Source: an uncultured Gemmatimonadales bacterium (GTDB lineage: Bacteria; Gemmatimonadota; Gemmatimonadetes; Gemmatimonadales; Gemmatimonadaceae). From it: a stretch of 64,000 nucleotides of DNA. The notes under the pieces were generated by a model. That model saw only the letters and a program-made list of their open reading frames with translations, did not search any database and had not been told where the DNA came from. Positions 31,983 to 45,035 of this stretch are shown one piece after another. Location of the stretch: the NCBI GenBank assembly GCA_963851265.1, contig CAWKNZ010000002.1, positions 1,376,001 to 1,440,000 of the forward strand, in the 5' to 3' direction. The position numbers were made by a program, and so were the translations under genes. How positions within the stretch are numbered: the first letter of the stretch is position 1; the number at the start of each line of letters is the position of its first letter.

Positions 31983-32099
31983 TGCCGGCGACGGCCTACT
32001 CTCCCGCGCCCTCTCGGGCGGAGTACCATCGGCGCTGTCGGGCTTAACGACCGTGTTCGGGATGGGAACGGGTGTGGCCCCGACGCTCTAGTCGCCAGC
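31983..32099 (-). rRNA. rrf: 5S rRNA
   Basis: Reverse complement contains CCCGTTCCCATCCCGAACACGG, GATGGTACT, GGGAGAGTAGG; terminal helix. Confidence 0.95.
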
Positions 32100-32228
32100 G
32101 ATATGTATTACGGATATTAAAGCGGCAATGCCGCTCGACAAACGTGTGGCAGTGAATGGAAACAATAGGGGTGACGCCTGCGCCTCATGTTGTTGCCCTT
32201 TCGCGCCTTCTGACGAAGACGGAGAGGG

Positions 32229-35179
<2,951 letters not shown>

Positions 35180-35340
35180 CCGCATTCTGGGTGGGCAGGC
35201 GTCACTTGTGTAGCGTTAGCGCGCAATCGCCTAACGCGACACGTCCTTCTCGTTCCCAGCAACGCACCCGATCACCGTCACTGACGGCCGATCGAGCTGG
35301 CGTGCTCGGTTCGATTCCGTTCCCATTCACTGCCACATCG

Positions 35341-35353
35341 TTTGTCAAACAGC
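35341..35353 (-). promoter_or_regulatory. boxA-like antitermination element in 16S-23S spacer
   Basis: GCTGTTTGACAAA, near-identical to the leader copy GCTGATTGACAAT. Confidence 0.55.
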
Positions 35354-35485
35354 TCGCGCCGAACGGCAGCAAAGCTACCGAACGGCGTACGCCGAAATCG
35401 TACGTGAGATCGAGTATGTCGAGGCGTGCGACTACCAATTGAGGTCTTTCGTCTGCCCGGGTGGGCAGCGTACTCGACGCTCCGG

Positions 35486-37016
<1,531 letters not shown>

Positions 37017-37165
37017 AGTGTTTGAAACGCTCAACCCGAACGCGGTTCCCGCTGAACGCGGTTACCCGCGTCCGGAATCACAATCGAATGTCAGGATGAA
37101 CTCTCCCCGACGCCCTGACGCGTCGGATCATCGAGTCCGCCTCGCACATCCTCGATCTCACTACG

Positions 37166-37178
37166 ATTGTCAATCAGC
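37166..37178 (-). promoter_or_regulatory. boxA-like element in rRNA leader
   Basis: GCTGATTGACAAT about 30 nt downstream of the rrn promoter. Confidence 0.55.
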
Positions 37179-37210
37179 TCTTCGTCTCGCCTCGCGAGAG
37201 GCGACTTCTA

Positions 37211-37239
37211 ATTCTACTGCGGTCTGGTCAGCGCGTCAA
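37211..37239 (-). promoter_or_regulatory. rRNA operon sigma70 promoter
   Basis: TTGACG-17 nt-TAGAAT. Confidence 0.8.
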
Positions 37240-37492
37240 GTGTTTATCGGCGATTTCTCGTTCCAACTTCACTTGATGTCTCGCGTGCAACCCGTTGTTG
37301 CGTCTTGCGTTGCGTCGCCGTGCCGTCCGACTCCTGCATCGTAACCGCGCCGCGAATGCTCCGCAACCCCTTGTTCATTTCGAAGTGCCCGTCTCGGATT
37401 CGTCGCTTGCGCGTGACACGATCGGGGCCGTCCTCGCTGACGACGCACGTCGCGAAACGACACGCGTGGCGGCGTCGAACACCGGGGCGCAG

Positions 37493-37528
37493 AACGGGGC
37501 CGCTCTCGAAACGCAGAGTGGCCCCGTT
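37493..37528 (-). terminator. Hairpin after tRNA-Lys, probable terminator
   Basis: AACGGGGCCACTCT/AGAGCGGCCCCGTT stem, weak U tract. Confidence 0.55.
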
Positions 37529-37532
37529 GTAG

Positions 37533-37604
37533 TGCACCGTCTAGGACTCGAACCTAGAACCTACTGATTAAGAGTCAGCTGCTCTACCATTGAGCTAACG
37601 GTGC
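37533..37604 (-). tRNA. tRNA-Lys(CTT)
   Basis: Cloverleaf, anticodon loop CT-CTT-AA, GGTTCGAGTCC; no encoded CCA. Confidence 0.95.
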
Positions 37605-37639
37605 GAACGGAGGTCAAAAAATACCGAACGCCGGCGACG

Positions 37640-37713
37640 CGCGCCAGGAGGGACTCGAACCCCCGACCAGCAGCTTAGAAGGCTGCCGCTCTATCCACCT
37701 GAGCTACTGGCGC
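37640..37713 (-). tRNA. tRNA-Arg(TCT)
   Basis: GCAGC-CT-TCT-AA-GCTGC arm, GGTTCGAGTCC; no encoded CCA. Confidence 0.95.
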
Positions 37714-37772
37714 CGGATCGTGAGCCGAGGCGCTCGCTCCGCGCTTCGCGCCGCTGCCTCGTGTTGCGGTAG

Positions 37773-37846
37773 TCGGGGCGACTGGATTCGAACCAGCGAC
37801 CTCCTGCTCCCAAAGCAGGCGCGATACCAGGCTACGCTACGCCCCG
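37773..37846 (-). tRNA. tRNA-Pro(TGG)
   Basis: CGGGGCG acceptor, CCTGC-TT-TGG-GA-GCAGG arm, GGTTCGAATCC; no encoded CCA. Confidence 0.95.
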
Positions 37847-37857
37847 GACGTGCCAGG

Positions 37858-37886
37858 AGTGTACGCCGTACGCGGAAACGCGTCAA
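37858..37886 (-). promoter_or_regulatory. sigma70 promoter of tRNA cluster
   Basis: TTGACG-17 nt-TACACT just upstream of tRNA-Pro. Confidence 0.75.
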
Positions 37887-37916
37887 CGGTCTCGCGGCCG
37901 TTCGTGGCCGCTCCGG

Positions 37917-38564
37917 TCACGGACTCGGACGCCACGCCCCCAGTGCGGCCGCGAGTCGCTCGAATGCCCGCGTTCGATGGCTCACGGACGCCTTCTCTGC
38001 GCGCGTCGCGTCACCGAACCCGAGTTGTAATTCGTCGCTCCAGAACACGGGGTCGTAACCAAATCCACTCGTGCCGCGCGCAGCGGCGAGGATCCGACCA
38101 GCCGTCCGGCCAACGCACACGACCTCCCGCTTTCCGTCTCGGAACGCGACCGCGCACACGAACTCCGCGCGGCGATCGGCGACATCGCGCAACTCTTCCA
38201 AAAGCCGTGCACAATTCGCATCGGACACGTCGGTGTCGCTCCCAACCGCACCGGCGTACCGTCGGCTTCGCACCCCGGGAGCACCCCCCAACGCGGCGAC
38301 GCACAGGCCCGAATCGTCGGCGAGCACGGCGCGGCCGGCCGCACGCGCGGCGAAGTAGTTCGCCTTCGCGCGCGCGTTCTCCTCGAATGTCGCGCCGCTC
38401 TCGATCTCGTCCTCGAGCGGGTCCGGCTCGATCCCGGCGGTCTGAAGGTCGACCACGAAGACGCCAAGCGGTTCGAGCAACGCGCGCAGCTCCGCTGCCT
38501 TGCCGGGATTGCGCGTCGCGACGATCAGCTCGCGGGACTGGAGGATCGGCGCGGACGGCCGCAT
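37917..38564 (-). CDS. rdgB: Non-canonical purine NTP pyrophosphatase (RdgB/Ham1)
   Basis: ATRNPGK, TFEENARAKA, ADDSGL, PGVRSRRY, GFGYDPVF, SHR. Confidence 0.95.
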   Translation of the reverse strand: MRPSAPILQSRELIVATRNPGKAAELRALLEPLGVFVVDLQTAGIEPDPLEDEIESGATFEENARAKANYFAARAAGRAVLADDSGLCVAALGGAPGVRSRRYAGAVGSDTDVSDANCARLLEELRDVADRRAEFVCAVAFRDGKREVVCVGRTAGRILAAARGTSGFGYDPVFWSDELQLGFGDATRAEKASVSHRTRAFERLAAALGAWRPSP

Positions 38565-38572
38565 CGTCCCGT

Positions 38573-39331
38573 TTACCCGCGCATGGCGGTGCCGAGGACT
38601 GACGACTGCGCGCGGTCAAGCGTGCGGATACCCTGTTCGGCGAGCGCGATCAGCGCGTCCAGCTCCGCCCGCGTGAACGTCCCATGCTCGCCGGTTCCCT
38701 GCACCTCGACGAAGCCGCCCTCGCTACTCATCACGACGTTCATGTCGACACCGGCGCGGACGTCTTCATCGTACTCGAGGTCGAGCCGTGGTTCGCCGTC
38801 GACGAGTCCGACGCTCACCGCGGCAACTCGGCGCTTGATCGGCGACAGCGCGAGATCTCCCGCGCGGACGACGCTGTCAAACGCATCGACTACCGCAACC
38901 GCGGCGCCCGTGATGGCCGCCGTACGGGTTCCGCCGTCGGCCTGCAGCACGTCGCAATCGATGCGGGCCGTGTACTCACCGAAGGCGAAATCGTCGAGCA
39001 TCGCTCGTACGCTCCGCCCGATCAGCCGCTGGATTTCCTGGGTACGGCCGCCGAGCTGACTCCGTTCGCGCTGCGTCCGCGTGCGCGTCGCGCGCGGGAG
39101 CATGGCATACTCAGCGGTCAGCCACCCCTGCCCCGAGCCGCGCCGCCACCCGGGAACACCTTTCTCGACGCTCGCCGTGCAGAGCACGCGCGTCTTGCCG
39201 AACGATACGAGGCACGAGCCTTCGGCGTATTCCGCGACGTCGCGTTCCAGCGTCACCGCACGTAAGGCGTCGTTGGCTCGCCCGAAACGCGGGCTCGCGA
39301 CTGGCTGGGCGTCACCCAGGTTCGTTTCCAC
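38573..39331 (-). CDS. rph: Ribonuclease PH
   Basis: [52 protein letters not shown]. Confidence 0.97.
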   Translation of the reverse strand: METNLGDAQPVASPRFGRANDALRAVTLERDVAEYAEGSCLVSFGKTRVLCTASVEKGVPGWRRGSGQGWLTAEYAMLPRATRTRTQRERSQLGGRTQEIQRLIGRSVRAMLDDFAFGEYTARIDCDVLQADGGTRTAAITGAAVAVVDAFDSVVRAGDLALSPIKRRVAAVSVGLVDGEPRLDLEYDEDVRAGVDMNVVMSSEGGFVEVQGTGEHGTFTRAELDALIALAEQGIRTLDRAQSSVLGTAMRG

Positions 39332-39806
39332 GAAGTTGCTCCACGATGCGGGTGGTCGACTGGCCCGGGGTCAGCGGGACGACAACAACCGACCCGCCCC
39401 GGGCACGAACCTCCGCCGCGCCGACGATGGTGTCGGGGTCGTAATCGCCGCCCTTCACGATCACGTCGGGGGTGATCGCCTGCACGAGCGCGAGCGGCGT
39501 GTCCTCGTCGAAGAGTACAACCGCGTCGACGCTTTCCAGACCGGCGACGACGTACGCGCGTTCGGCCTCGGTGCGGACGGGGCGTGTCGGCCCTTTCAGG
39601 CGTCGTACCGATGCGTCGGTGTTCAACGCGACGACGAGAGCGTCACCGCACCGGCGAGCCCCGACGAGTACGTCGATGTGCCCCGGGTGCAGGAGGTCGA
39701 AGACGCCGTTGGTGAACACGACACGCCCGGTCTGGCGCGCCCGCCATTCGACGACCTGCTCGCGGCGCATCACCTTGCGCGCCGGCGCAAATAACGCGGC
39801 GTTCAC
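39312..39806 (-). CDS. Stand-alone heptose 1-phosphate adenylyltransferase (RfaE domain II/HldC-type)
   Basis: [44 protein letters not shown]. Confidence 0.92.
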   Translation of the reverse strand: MNAALFAPARKVMRREQVVEWRARQTGRVVFTNGVFDLLHPGHIDVLVGARRCGDALVVALNTDASVRRLKGPTRPVRTEAERAYVVAGLESVDAVVLFDEDTPLALVQAITPDVIVKGGDYDPDTIVGAAEVRARGGSVVVVPLTPGQSTTRIVEQLRGNEPG

Positions 39807-39819
39807 GCAGCGGCGCTCC

Positions 39820-40392
39820 TCACCATTGCGACTGCGCACCTTCGATCAGGTCGGTCACGAGTTGCTGCACGGCTTGCTGCCGGCCGGACACTTCCTGCCG
39901 CTCGGCATAGTCCGCCTTCTCGGTGAGCGCCTTGCGCTCGTACAGCGTCCGCCCCGACGACTGATCGATGATCGCCACGTCGACTACGAGTTGCAACTGA
40001 CGTCGCGCCTGCGTCGACTGGCCGCCGGCGCTGTACCCGACCGGAACGTCGGCGTCGTACTTGACGATCGACCCGCGGACGATCGCATCCGCTTTCGACT
40101 CCGACGCGTCGCGCAGATTGAGACGCTGGAAGAGCTGCGTGCGAAGCGCATCGAACACGTCGCGCTGCAACTCCGGAATCGGCGTCTGATTGTCGAACGG
40201 GAGGACGGCGATCGTGCGGATGTTGGGCGGCAGGCCGCCGCCCGCGAAATGATACGGGCTCAGGCGGCATGCGTTCGCGGTGAGGAGCGTCGCGCCGACG
40301 ATAACGGCACGCGCCGCGGCCCGCGCGTGCGCGGCGATCGCTTCGACGTTCGACATGGGATGGCTCGTTCGGGCGTCGCGCGGTGTGCTCAT
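39820..40392 (-). CDS. lptE: LptE family LPS-assembly lipoprotein
   Basis: Lipobox-like ANAC, YHFAGGGLPPNIRTIAVLPFDNQT, ADAIVRGSI, C-terminal W. Confidence 0.7.
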   Translation of the reverse strand: MSTPRDARTSHPMSNVEAIAAHARAAARAVIVGATLLTANACRLSPYHFAGGGLPPNIRTIAVLPFDNQTPIPELQRDVFDALRTQLFQRLNLRDASESKADAIVRGSIVKYDADVPVGYSAGGQSTQARRQLQLVVDVAIIDQSSGRTLYERKALTEKADYAERQEVSGRQQAVQQLVTDLIEGAQSQW

Positions 40393-41036
40393 CGCGCGGC
40401 CACTGGCGTGTCGCGCGTGACGTCGATGACGAGCGATCGACGCTCGACCTCGTGCCGATATGCGACGTGTTGATCGCCGCGCACGACGCGCTCGGTCACA
40501 CGCCCCTCGTCGATGCGTTCGACGAGGCGAAGAGTGTCGCGCACGACCGTCACGCGCCAGGTCGGCGCATGACCGATGTCGGCGCGCAACGTATCGCCGG
40601 CCTGGCGGAGGATGGTGTCAGCGGACGCGGGGAGCGCGAGTCGGCCAAGCGCCGCCCACAACAGTGGGGCGGCGGGCAGGAGCCGCCGAACGATGTCGCG
40701 GTTCGGGATTTGGAGGTCGTTGCCCGTCAAGCGAGCGGTCCCTCCGCCGAAGCCGCCGGCGAGGAAAAACTGCAGCTGCGCGGTGTCCGGCGGCGTGACG
40801 CGGGCGACGCCGTCGCCGCGAGCCGACACGCCGTCCTGCTCGTCGTAGCGCCACGTGAACGCGACTCGGCGCGCGACGGGCGGCAGCTCGACGCGCGGCA
40901 ACCGGGCCGCGCGCGGGACCGGCGCGCCCGCTAGCGGGGACGCGCGCGGAACACAGCCGACCGACGTTGCTCCACCCACGACGGTCGCGATCGCCGCCGA
41001 TCGCAGCAAGCGGTGCGCGCGGCACGGAGCGCTCAC
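40389..41036 (-). CDS. Hypothetical lipoprotein
   Basis: Hydrophobic N-terminus ending SVGC; 4-nt overlaps with both neighbours. Confidence 0.7.
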   Translation of the reverse strand: MSAPCRAHRLLRSAAIATVVGGATSVGCVPRASPLAGAPVPRAARLPRVELPPVARRVAFTWRYDEQDGVSARGDGVARVTPPDTAQLQFFLAGGFGGGTARLTGNDLQIPNRDIVRRLLPAAPLLWAALGRLALPASADTILRQAGDTLRADIGHAPTWRVTVVRDTLRLVERIDEGRVTERVVRGDQHVAYRHEVERRSLVIDVTRDTPVAAR

Positions 41037-41488
41037 GAGTCGGCCCTCGCAGCCGTGGGCGCGTCCGGTCCGACGTCGCCCGCACGCGCGCGCTGGAACG
41101 CGTCGCGGACGGTCGGTGGGAGCGACGTGAGCTTCCCACCGCGGTCGATGGCGATGAGTCGAGTGGACGCGCTGACGAGTTTCGCCCCGGATTCCGCGTT
41201 GACGATCGCGTACTCGAACGTCAAGGCACGAGATCGTACGTCGGTGAGTCTGGTCTCGATCCGGACGCGGTCGTCGTAAGTCGCGGGGGAGTGAAATCGA
41301 AGTGACGCCTCACTGACGGCGAGGCCGACTCCGTTCGCCTCCATCTCGCGATAGGGCATCCCCACGGCACGAACGAATTCGGTCCGCCCTACCTCGCACC
41401 ACACGAGATAGTTGGCGTGGTAAACGACGCCCATCTGGTCGGTTTCGGCGTAGCGGACGCGTAACTCGGTCACGTGCACAGGGATCAC
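41033..41488 (-). CDS. Acyl-CoA thioesterase (YbgC/4HBT family)
   Basis: RVRYAETDQMGVVYHANYLVWCEVGRTE. Confidence 0.92.
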   Translation of the reverse strand: MIPVHVTELRVRYAETDQMGVVYHANYLVWCEVGRTEFVRAVGMPYREMEANGVGLAVSEASLRFHSPATYDDRVRIETRLTDVRSRALTFEYAIVNAESGAKLVSASTRLIAIDRGGKLTSLPPTVRDAFQRARAGDVGPDAPTAARADS

Positions 41489-41517
41489 CCCTTCAAGATC
41501 GCGGTCGCCGGGAGGCT

Positions 41518-41546
41518 TTGTCCAGCGTGACGGCGGCGGCTAGACT
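41518..41546 (+). promoter_or_regulatory. Putative sigma70 promoter of lpxH-like gene
   Basis: TTGTCC-17 nt-TAGACT, 8 nt before GTG. Confidence 0.55.
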
Positions 41547-41554
41547 CTCGCCGC

Positions 41555-42319
41555 GTGTTGCCCGCCCCCTGCTACGTGATTTCGGACGCTCACCTCGGCG
41601 TCGCCGACGCGTCCGCCGAGCGCATGCTGCTGGAGTTCCTCCGGTCGCTCCGCGACGGCGCCGGATCGCTCCTGATCAACGGCGATCTGTTCGACTTCTG
41701 GTTCGAGTGGCAGAGCGTGATGCCACGCCGGGGATACCGCATTCTCGCAGCCCTTGCGGACCTCAAGGATGCCGGGCTGCCGATCACGTGGATCGCCGGA
41801 AACCACGATTGCTGGGGTGGTGAGATCATCCGCGACGACGTCGGCGTCGATTTCCACGTCGGACCGTGGATCGGGACGTTGGCTGGGTGGCGCGCGCGCG
41901 TCGAGCACGGTGACGGGTTGCGCGCGCGCGAGGACCGCCCCTATCGCGCGATGCGTCGCGTGCTTCGGCACCCGGCCGCGATTCGCGCTTACCGCGCGCT
42001 CCATCCCGATTGGGCGACCGGGCTCGCGCTCCGGAGTTCGCACACGAGCCGTTCGCTCGGGCCGGGGGACGGCGGCCACGGTCTTCGCGCCGTTGCGCTC
42101 ACGGCGCTCGCGGCCGATCCGTCGATCGACCTGGTCGTCTACGGGCACTCACACGTCCGCGCCCTGGAACGTGCGCCGGGTGGGGGTGTTTTCGCGAACC
42201 CGGGCGCTTGGCTGCTCGAACCGACCTATCTGCGCGTCACGCCCGACGCGATTGCCGCGTGCGAGTGGGACGGGTCAGCCGAGGGTAAGCGTCTCGACGT
42301 CATGGAGCGGCGCGCCTAG
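41555..42319 (+). CDS. lpxH: UDP-2,3-diacylglucosamine diphosphatase-like metallophosphoesterase
   Basis: ISDAHLG, NGDLFDFWFE, AGNHD, HGD, GHSH, NPGAW. Confidence 0.8.
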   Translation: MLPAPCYVISDAHLGVADASAERMLLEFLRSLRDGAGSLLINGDLFDFWFEWQSVMPRRGYRILAALADLKDAGLPITWIAGNHDCWGGEIIRDDVGVDFHVGPWIGTLAGWRARVEHGDGLRAREDRPYRAMRRVLRHPAAIRAYRALHPDWATGLALRSSHTSRSLGPGDGGHGLRAVALTALAADPSIDLVVYGHSHVRALERAPGGGVFANPGAWLLEPTYLRVTPDAIAACEWDGSAEGKRLDVMERRA

Positions 42320-43081
42320 GAAGTGCCGCGCCGTGCGGGCGAACTGATCGGCCGCGTCGCTCACCACGTAATGCGTCGTACCCGCGCGATCGCTGGGAGC
42401 TGCCAAGCCGCGACTTCGCAACACGGTCCCGGTGTCGGCCGCGGCCTCCTCCGCGCTGTCGATGAGGCGGATGTCGGGGCCGACGACCTCGGCGATCACC
42501 GGCTTGAGGAGCGGGTAGTGGGTGCAGCCGAGGACGAGCGTGGTGACCCCGTCGGTGCGGAACGGTGCCAGGTACTCCTCCGTGACCAGCCGCGTTGCGG
42601 GGTGATCGGTCCAGCCTTCCTCGACGAACGGGACGAGGAGCGGGCAGGCGCGAGCCGTGACATTCGCCTGCGGGGCGATGGCCGCGATCGCGCGTTCGTA
42701 CGCGCCCGAGCGGACGGTACCAGCAGTCCCGATGACGCCTATGCCGCCGGAGCCGGCGCTACGCACGGCGGCGCGCGCACCGGGGCCCACGACGCCGATG
42801 ACCGGAACGGGAAGCTCTGCTTCCAGCATGGGAAGGGCGTGCGCAGTCGCAGTGTTGCAAGCGACGACGACGGCCTTCACGCCGCGCGTGAGCAGGAACG
42901 CGCCGATCTCGCGGCTATACCGTTGAACCGTCTCGGGGCTCTTGGGCCCGTAAGGAACGCGGGCCGTGTCGCCGAAGTAGACGATGTCCTCGGCCGGGAG
43001 TTGGCGGCGCAGTTCGCGCACGACCGTGAGGCCGCCGATGCCGGAATCGAACACGCCGATGGGAGCGCCCGCGTCCGTCAT
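42275..43081 (-). CDS. murI: Glutamate racemase
   Basis: IGVFDSGIGGLTV, PYGPKS, VACNTA, LGCTHYP. Confidence 0.96.
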   Translation of the reverse strand: MTDAGAPIGVFDSGIGGLTVVRELRRQLPAEDIVYFGDTARVPYGPKSPETVQRYSREIGAFLLTRGVKAVVVACNTATAHALPMLEAELPVPVIGVVGPGARAAVRSAGSGGIGVIGTAGTVRSGAYERAIAAIAPQANVTARACPLLVPFVEEGWTDHPATRLVTEEYLAPFRTDGVTTLVLGCTHYPLLKPVIAEVVGPDIRLIDSAEEAAADTGTVLRSRGLAAPSDRAGTTHYVVSDAADQFARTARHFLGAPLHDVETLTLG

Positions 43082-43091
43082 GCCCGATCGC

Positions 43092-43802
43092 TCACCACGT
43101 GATCGAGAGCGCGACGACCGTCCCCTGCGACGACGGTCGTGCCGAGATCTGGGCGGGCAAGTCGTAGAGGTTGGCCGAAACGAACGCCTCGGCACCGCTG
43201 ATCAGGTGGTTGAAGACGAGCGCGGCGATCCAGTCCTCACGATGCAGGCGCCGCGCACGCACGAGATCCCCGGGGAAGCCGCCGAGCTGCTGCGGCGGCT
43301 TCGCCTTTGGATTCCCGAGCGAATCCAGCGGGTAGCTGCTGGGGACACTGTCGGCACGGAACGATTGGACGCTGCGCAGGTCCGCGTTGGACTTGATCAG
43401 CATCGCGATGATCCCGAACTCGAGACCGACGAAGACGGCGCCGGCCGTCGGGCGCTGGAGTTTCGATTGTCCGAGGCCCGGGACGAGCAGCGACGAGAAG
43501 AATGCCCGCCCGGGCGGGACCGGCGGGAGCAGGCCGGGACGTCGCGCGGCGACGGGGCGCCGTCGCGGTCCGCGCGCAGGGCGCGTGGAAGTGTCGGCCG
43601 CGGAGCGCGGCACGGTATCGCGCGGCGTCGCGGCGCGCGGCGCCGTATCGCGCGGCGTCGCGGCGCGCGGCGCCGTATCGCGCGGCGCGGGCACGGACGG
43701 GACGACGCTGGACGGTGTCGGTTGCGCCGGTGAGACTCGGGCGGCGAACATGCCGGCCGCCAACACCAGTCCGGTCGCGACGTGCCGCCGACGCGTCGTC
43801 AC
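43092..43802 (-). CDS. Hypothetical exported/membrane protein (DUF5683-like)
   Basis: Signal-like N-terminus, Pro/Ala repeats, PGRAFFSSLLVPGLGQ, EAFVSANL. Confidence 0.65.
   Translation of the reverse strand: MTTRRRHVATGLVLAAGMFAARVSPAQPTPSSVVPSVPAPRDTAPRAATPRDTAPRAATPRDTVPRSAADTSTRPARGPRRRPVAARRPGLLPPVPPGRAFFSSLLVPGLGQSKLQRPTAGAVFVGLEFGIIAMLIKSNADLRSVQSFRADSVPSSYPLDSLGNPKAKPPQQLGGFPGDLVRARRLHREDWIAALVFNHLISGAEAFVSANLYDLPAQISARPSSQGTVVALSITW
43621..43680. repeat. Two perfect 30-bp tandem repeats (plus partial flanks) encoding PRDTAPRAAT
   Basis: CGCGGCGTCGCGGCGCGCGGCGCCGTATCG x2. Confidence 0.9.
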
Positions 43803-43806
43803 CGCG

Positions 43807-44190
43807 TCACCCGCCGACTGTCGCGACCACTTCGATCTCGACACGCGCGCCGCGCGGCAGGCCTGCGACCGCGACCGTGGAGCGTGCCGGGCGCGCATCG
43901 CCGAGGTGGCGAGCGTAGACGTCGTTGACGCGACCGAAATCGGCCATGTCGGCGAGGAAAATCGTCGTTTTCACGACGCTCGCCCACGACGCACCCGCGG
44001 CGGCGAGCACGGCGTCGAGATTGCGGAGAACCTGTCCCGCCTGCTCCGCGACGTCGCCTGCGACCAACTCCATCGTCGCGGGATCGAGTGGGATCTGCCC
44101 CGCGGTGAACACAAATCCGTTGGCGACGACCGCCTGTGCGTACGGACCGATGGCGGCAGGCGCGCGGCCGGTGTGGATGGCGTTGATCAT
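43807..44190 (-). CDS. ridA: RidA family enamine/imine deaminase
   Basis: APAAIGPYAQA, AGQIPLDP, PARSTVAVAGLP, VEIE. Confidence 0.93.
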   Translation of the reverse strand: MINAIHTGRAPAAIGPYAQAVVANGFVFTAGQIPLDPATMELVAGDVAEQAGQVLRNLDAVLAAAGASWASVVKTTIFLADMADFGRVNDVYARHLGDARPARSTVAVAGLPRGARVEIEVVATVGG

Positions 44191-44208
44191 GTGCGAGTTG
44201 GGACGGCG

Positions 44209-45006
44209 TTAGGCGGCGAACGTCGGGATCGCGCCCGGCAAGCCGAACAGGCGACGGGCGTTGTCTACGGTCTGCGCCGCGAGTTCGGCGGGATCGCTGC
44301 CGCGCAACTCGGCCAGACGACGCACGGTGCACTCGACCCACGCGGGCTCGTTGCGCCGGCCGCGATGTGGCACGGGCGCGAGATACGGGGCATCGCTCTC
44401 GACGAGCAGCCGGTCTGCCGGTACGGTGGCAAGCGCGGCCGCGTTATCCCACCGCTTGAACGTGATCATGCCGCTGAAGCTCACGTACCAGCCTACACGG
44501 ACGGCCGCGGCGGCGAGGTCGGGTGGGCCCGCGAAGCAGTGCAGGACGCCGCCGACTCCCGCGCGTTCGGCGTCGTTCAGCAGCGAGTGCGTGTCCTCGT
44601 CTGCCTCGCGCGAGTGGACGACGAGCGGGCGTCCGGTTTCGGCCGCCAGCGCGAGCTGGGCGTCGAGGGCGCGGCGTTGCGCGTCCCGCGGCGCGTGATC
44701 GTAGTGGTAATCGAGACCGCATTCCCCGACCGCGACCGCCCCGGCGTCGAGGAGCGCTCGCAAGCGAGGCACGTCGCGCGCGCCGTCGAATGCGGCCGCG
44801 TCGTGGGGGTGCACGCCCGCGGTGAACACGACGAACCCGGAGTACGCGTCGGCTATGCGGCGTGCGCGTTCGGCCGCCTCCACCGACTCGCCGATGCAGA
44901 CCACGGCGAGCGCGCCGGCCGCGCGGGCGCGCTCGACGACGGTCTCGCGGTCGCCGTCGAACGCGGGGTCGGCGAGGTGCGTGTGGCTGTCGACGAACGG
45001 CAGCAC
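44209..45006 (-). CDS. tatD: TatD family DNase
   Basis: DSHTHL, GVHPH, VGECGLDY, VHSREA, LHCF, ESDAPYLAP; start estimated. Confidence 0.92.
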   Translation of the reverse strand: MLPFVDSHTHLADPAFDGDRETVVERARAAGALAVVCIGESVEAAERARRIADAYSGFVVFTAGVHPHDAAAFDGARDVPRLRALLDAGAVAVGECGLDYHYDHAPRDAQRRALDAQLALAAETGRPLVVHSREADEDTHSLLNDAERAGVGGVLHCFAGPPDLAAAAVRVGWYVSFSGMITFKRWDNAAALATVPADRLLVESDAPYLAPVPHRGRRNEPAWVECTVRRLAELRGSDPAELAAQTVDNARRLFGLPGAIPTFAA

Positions 45007-45035
45007 GACGGACGCTCCCACGCGGTCCGGGAGCG

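Noticed and set aside
37240..37850. tRNA cluster as an integration site
   Set aside because: No integrase, duplicated tRNA 3' end or foreign genes nearby
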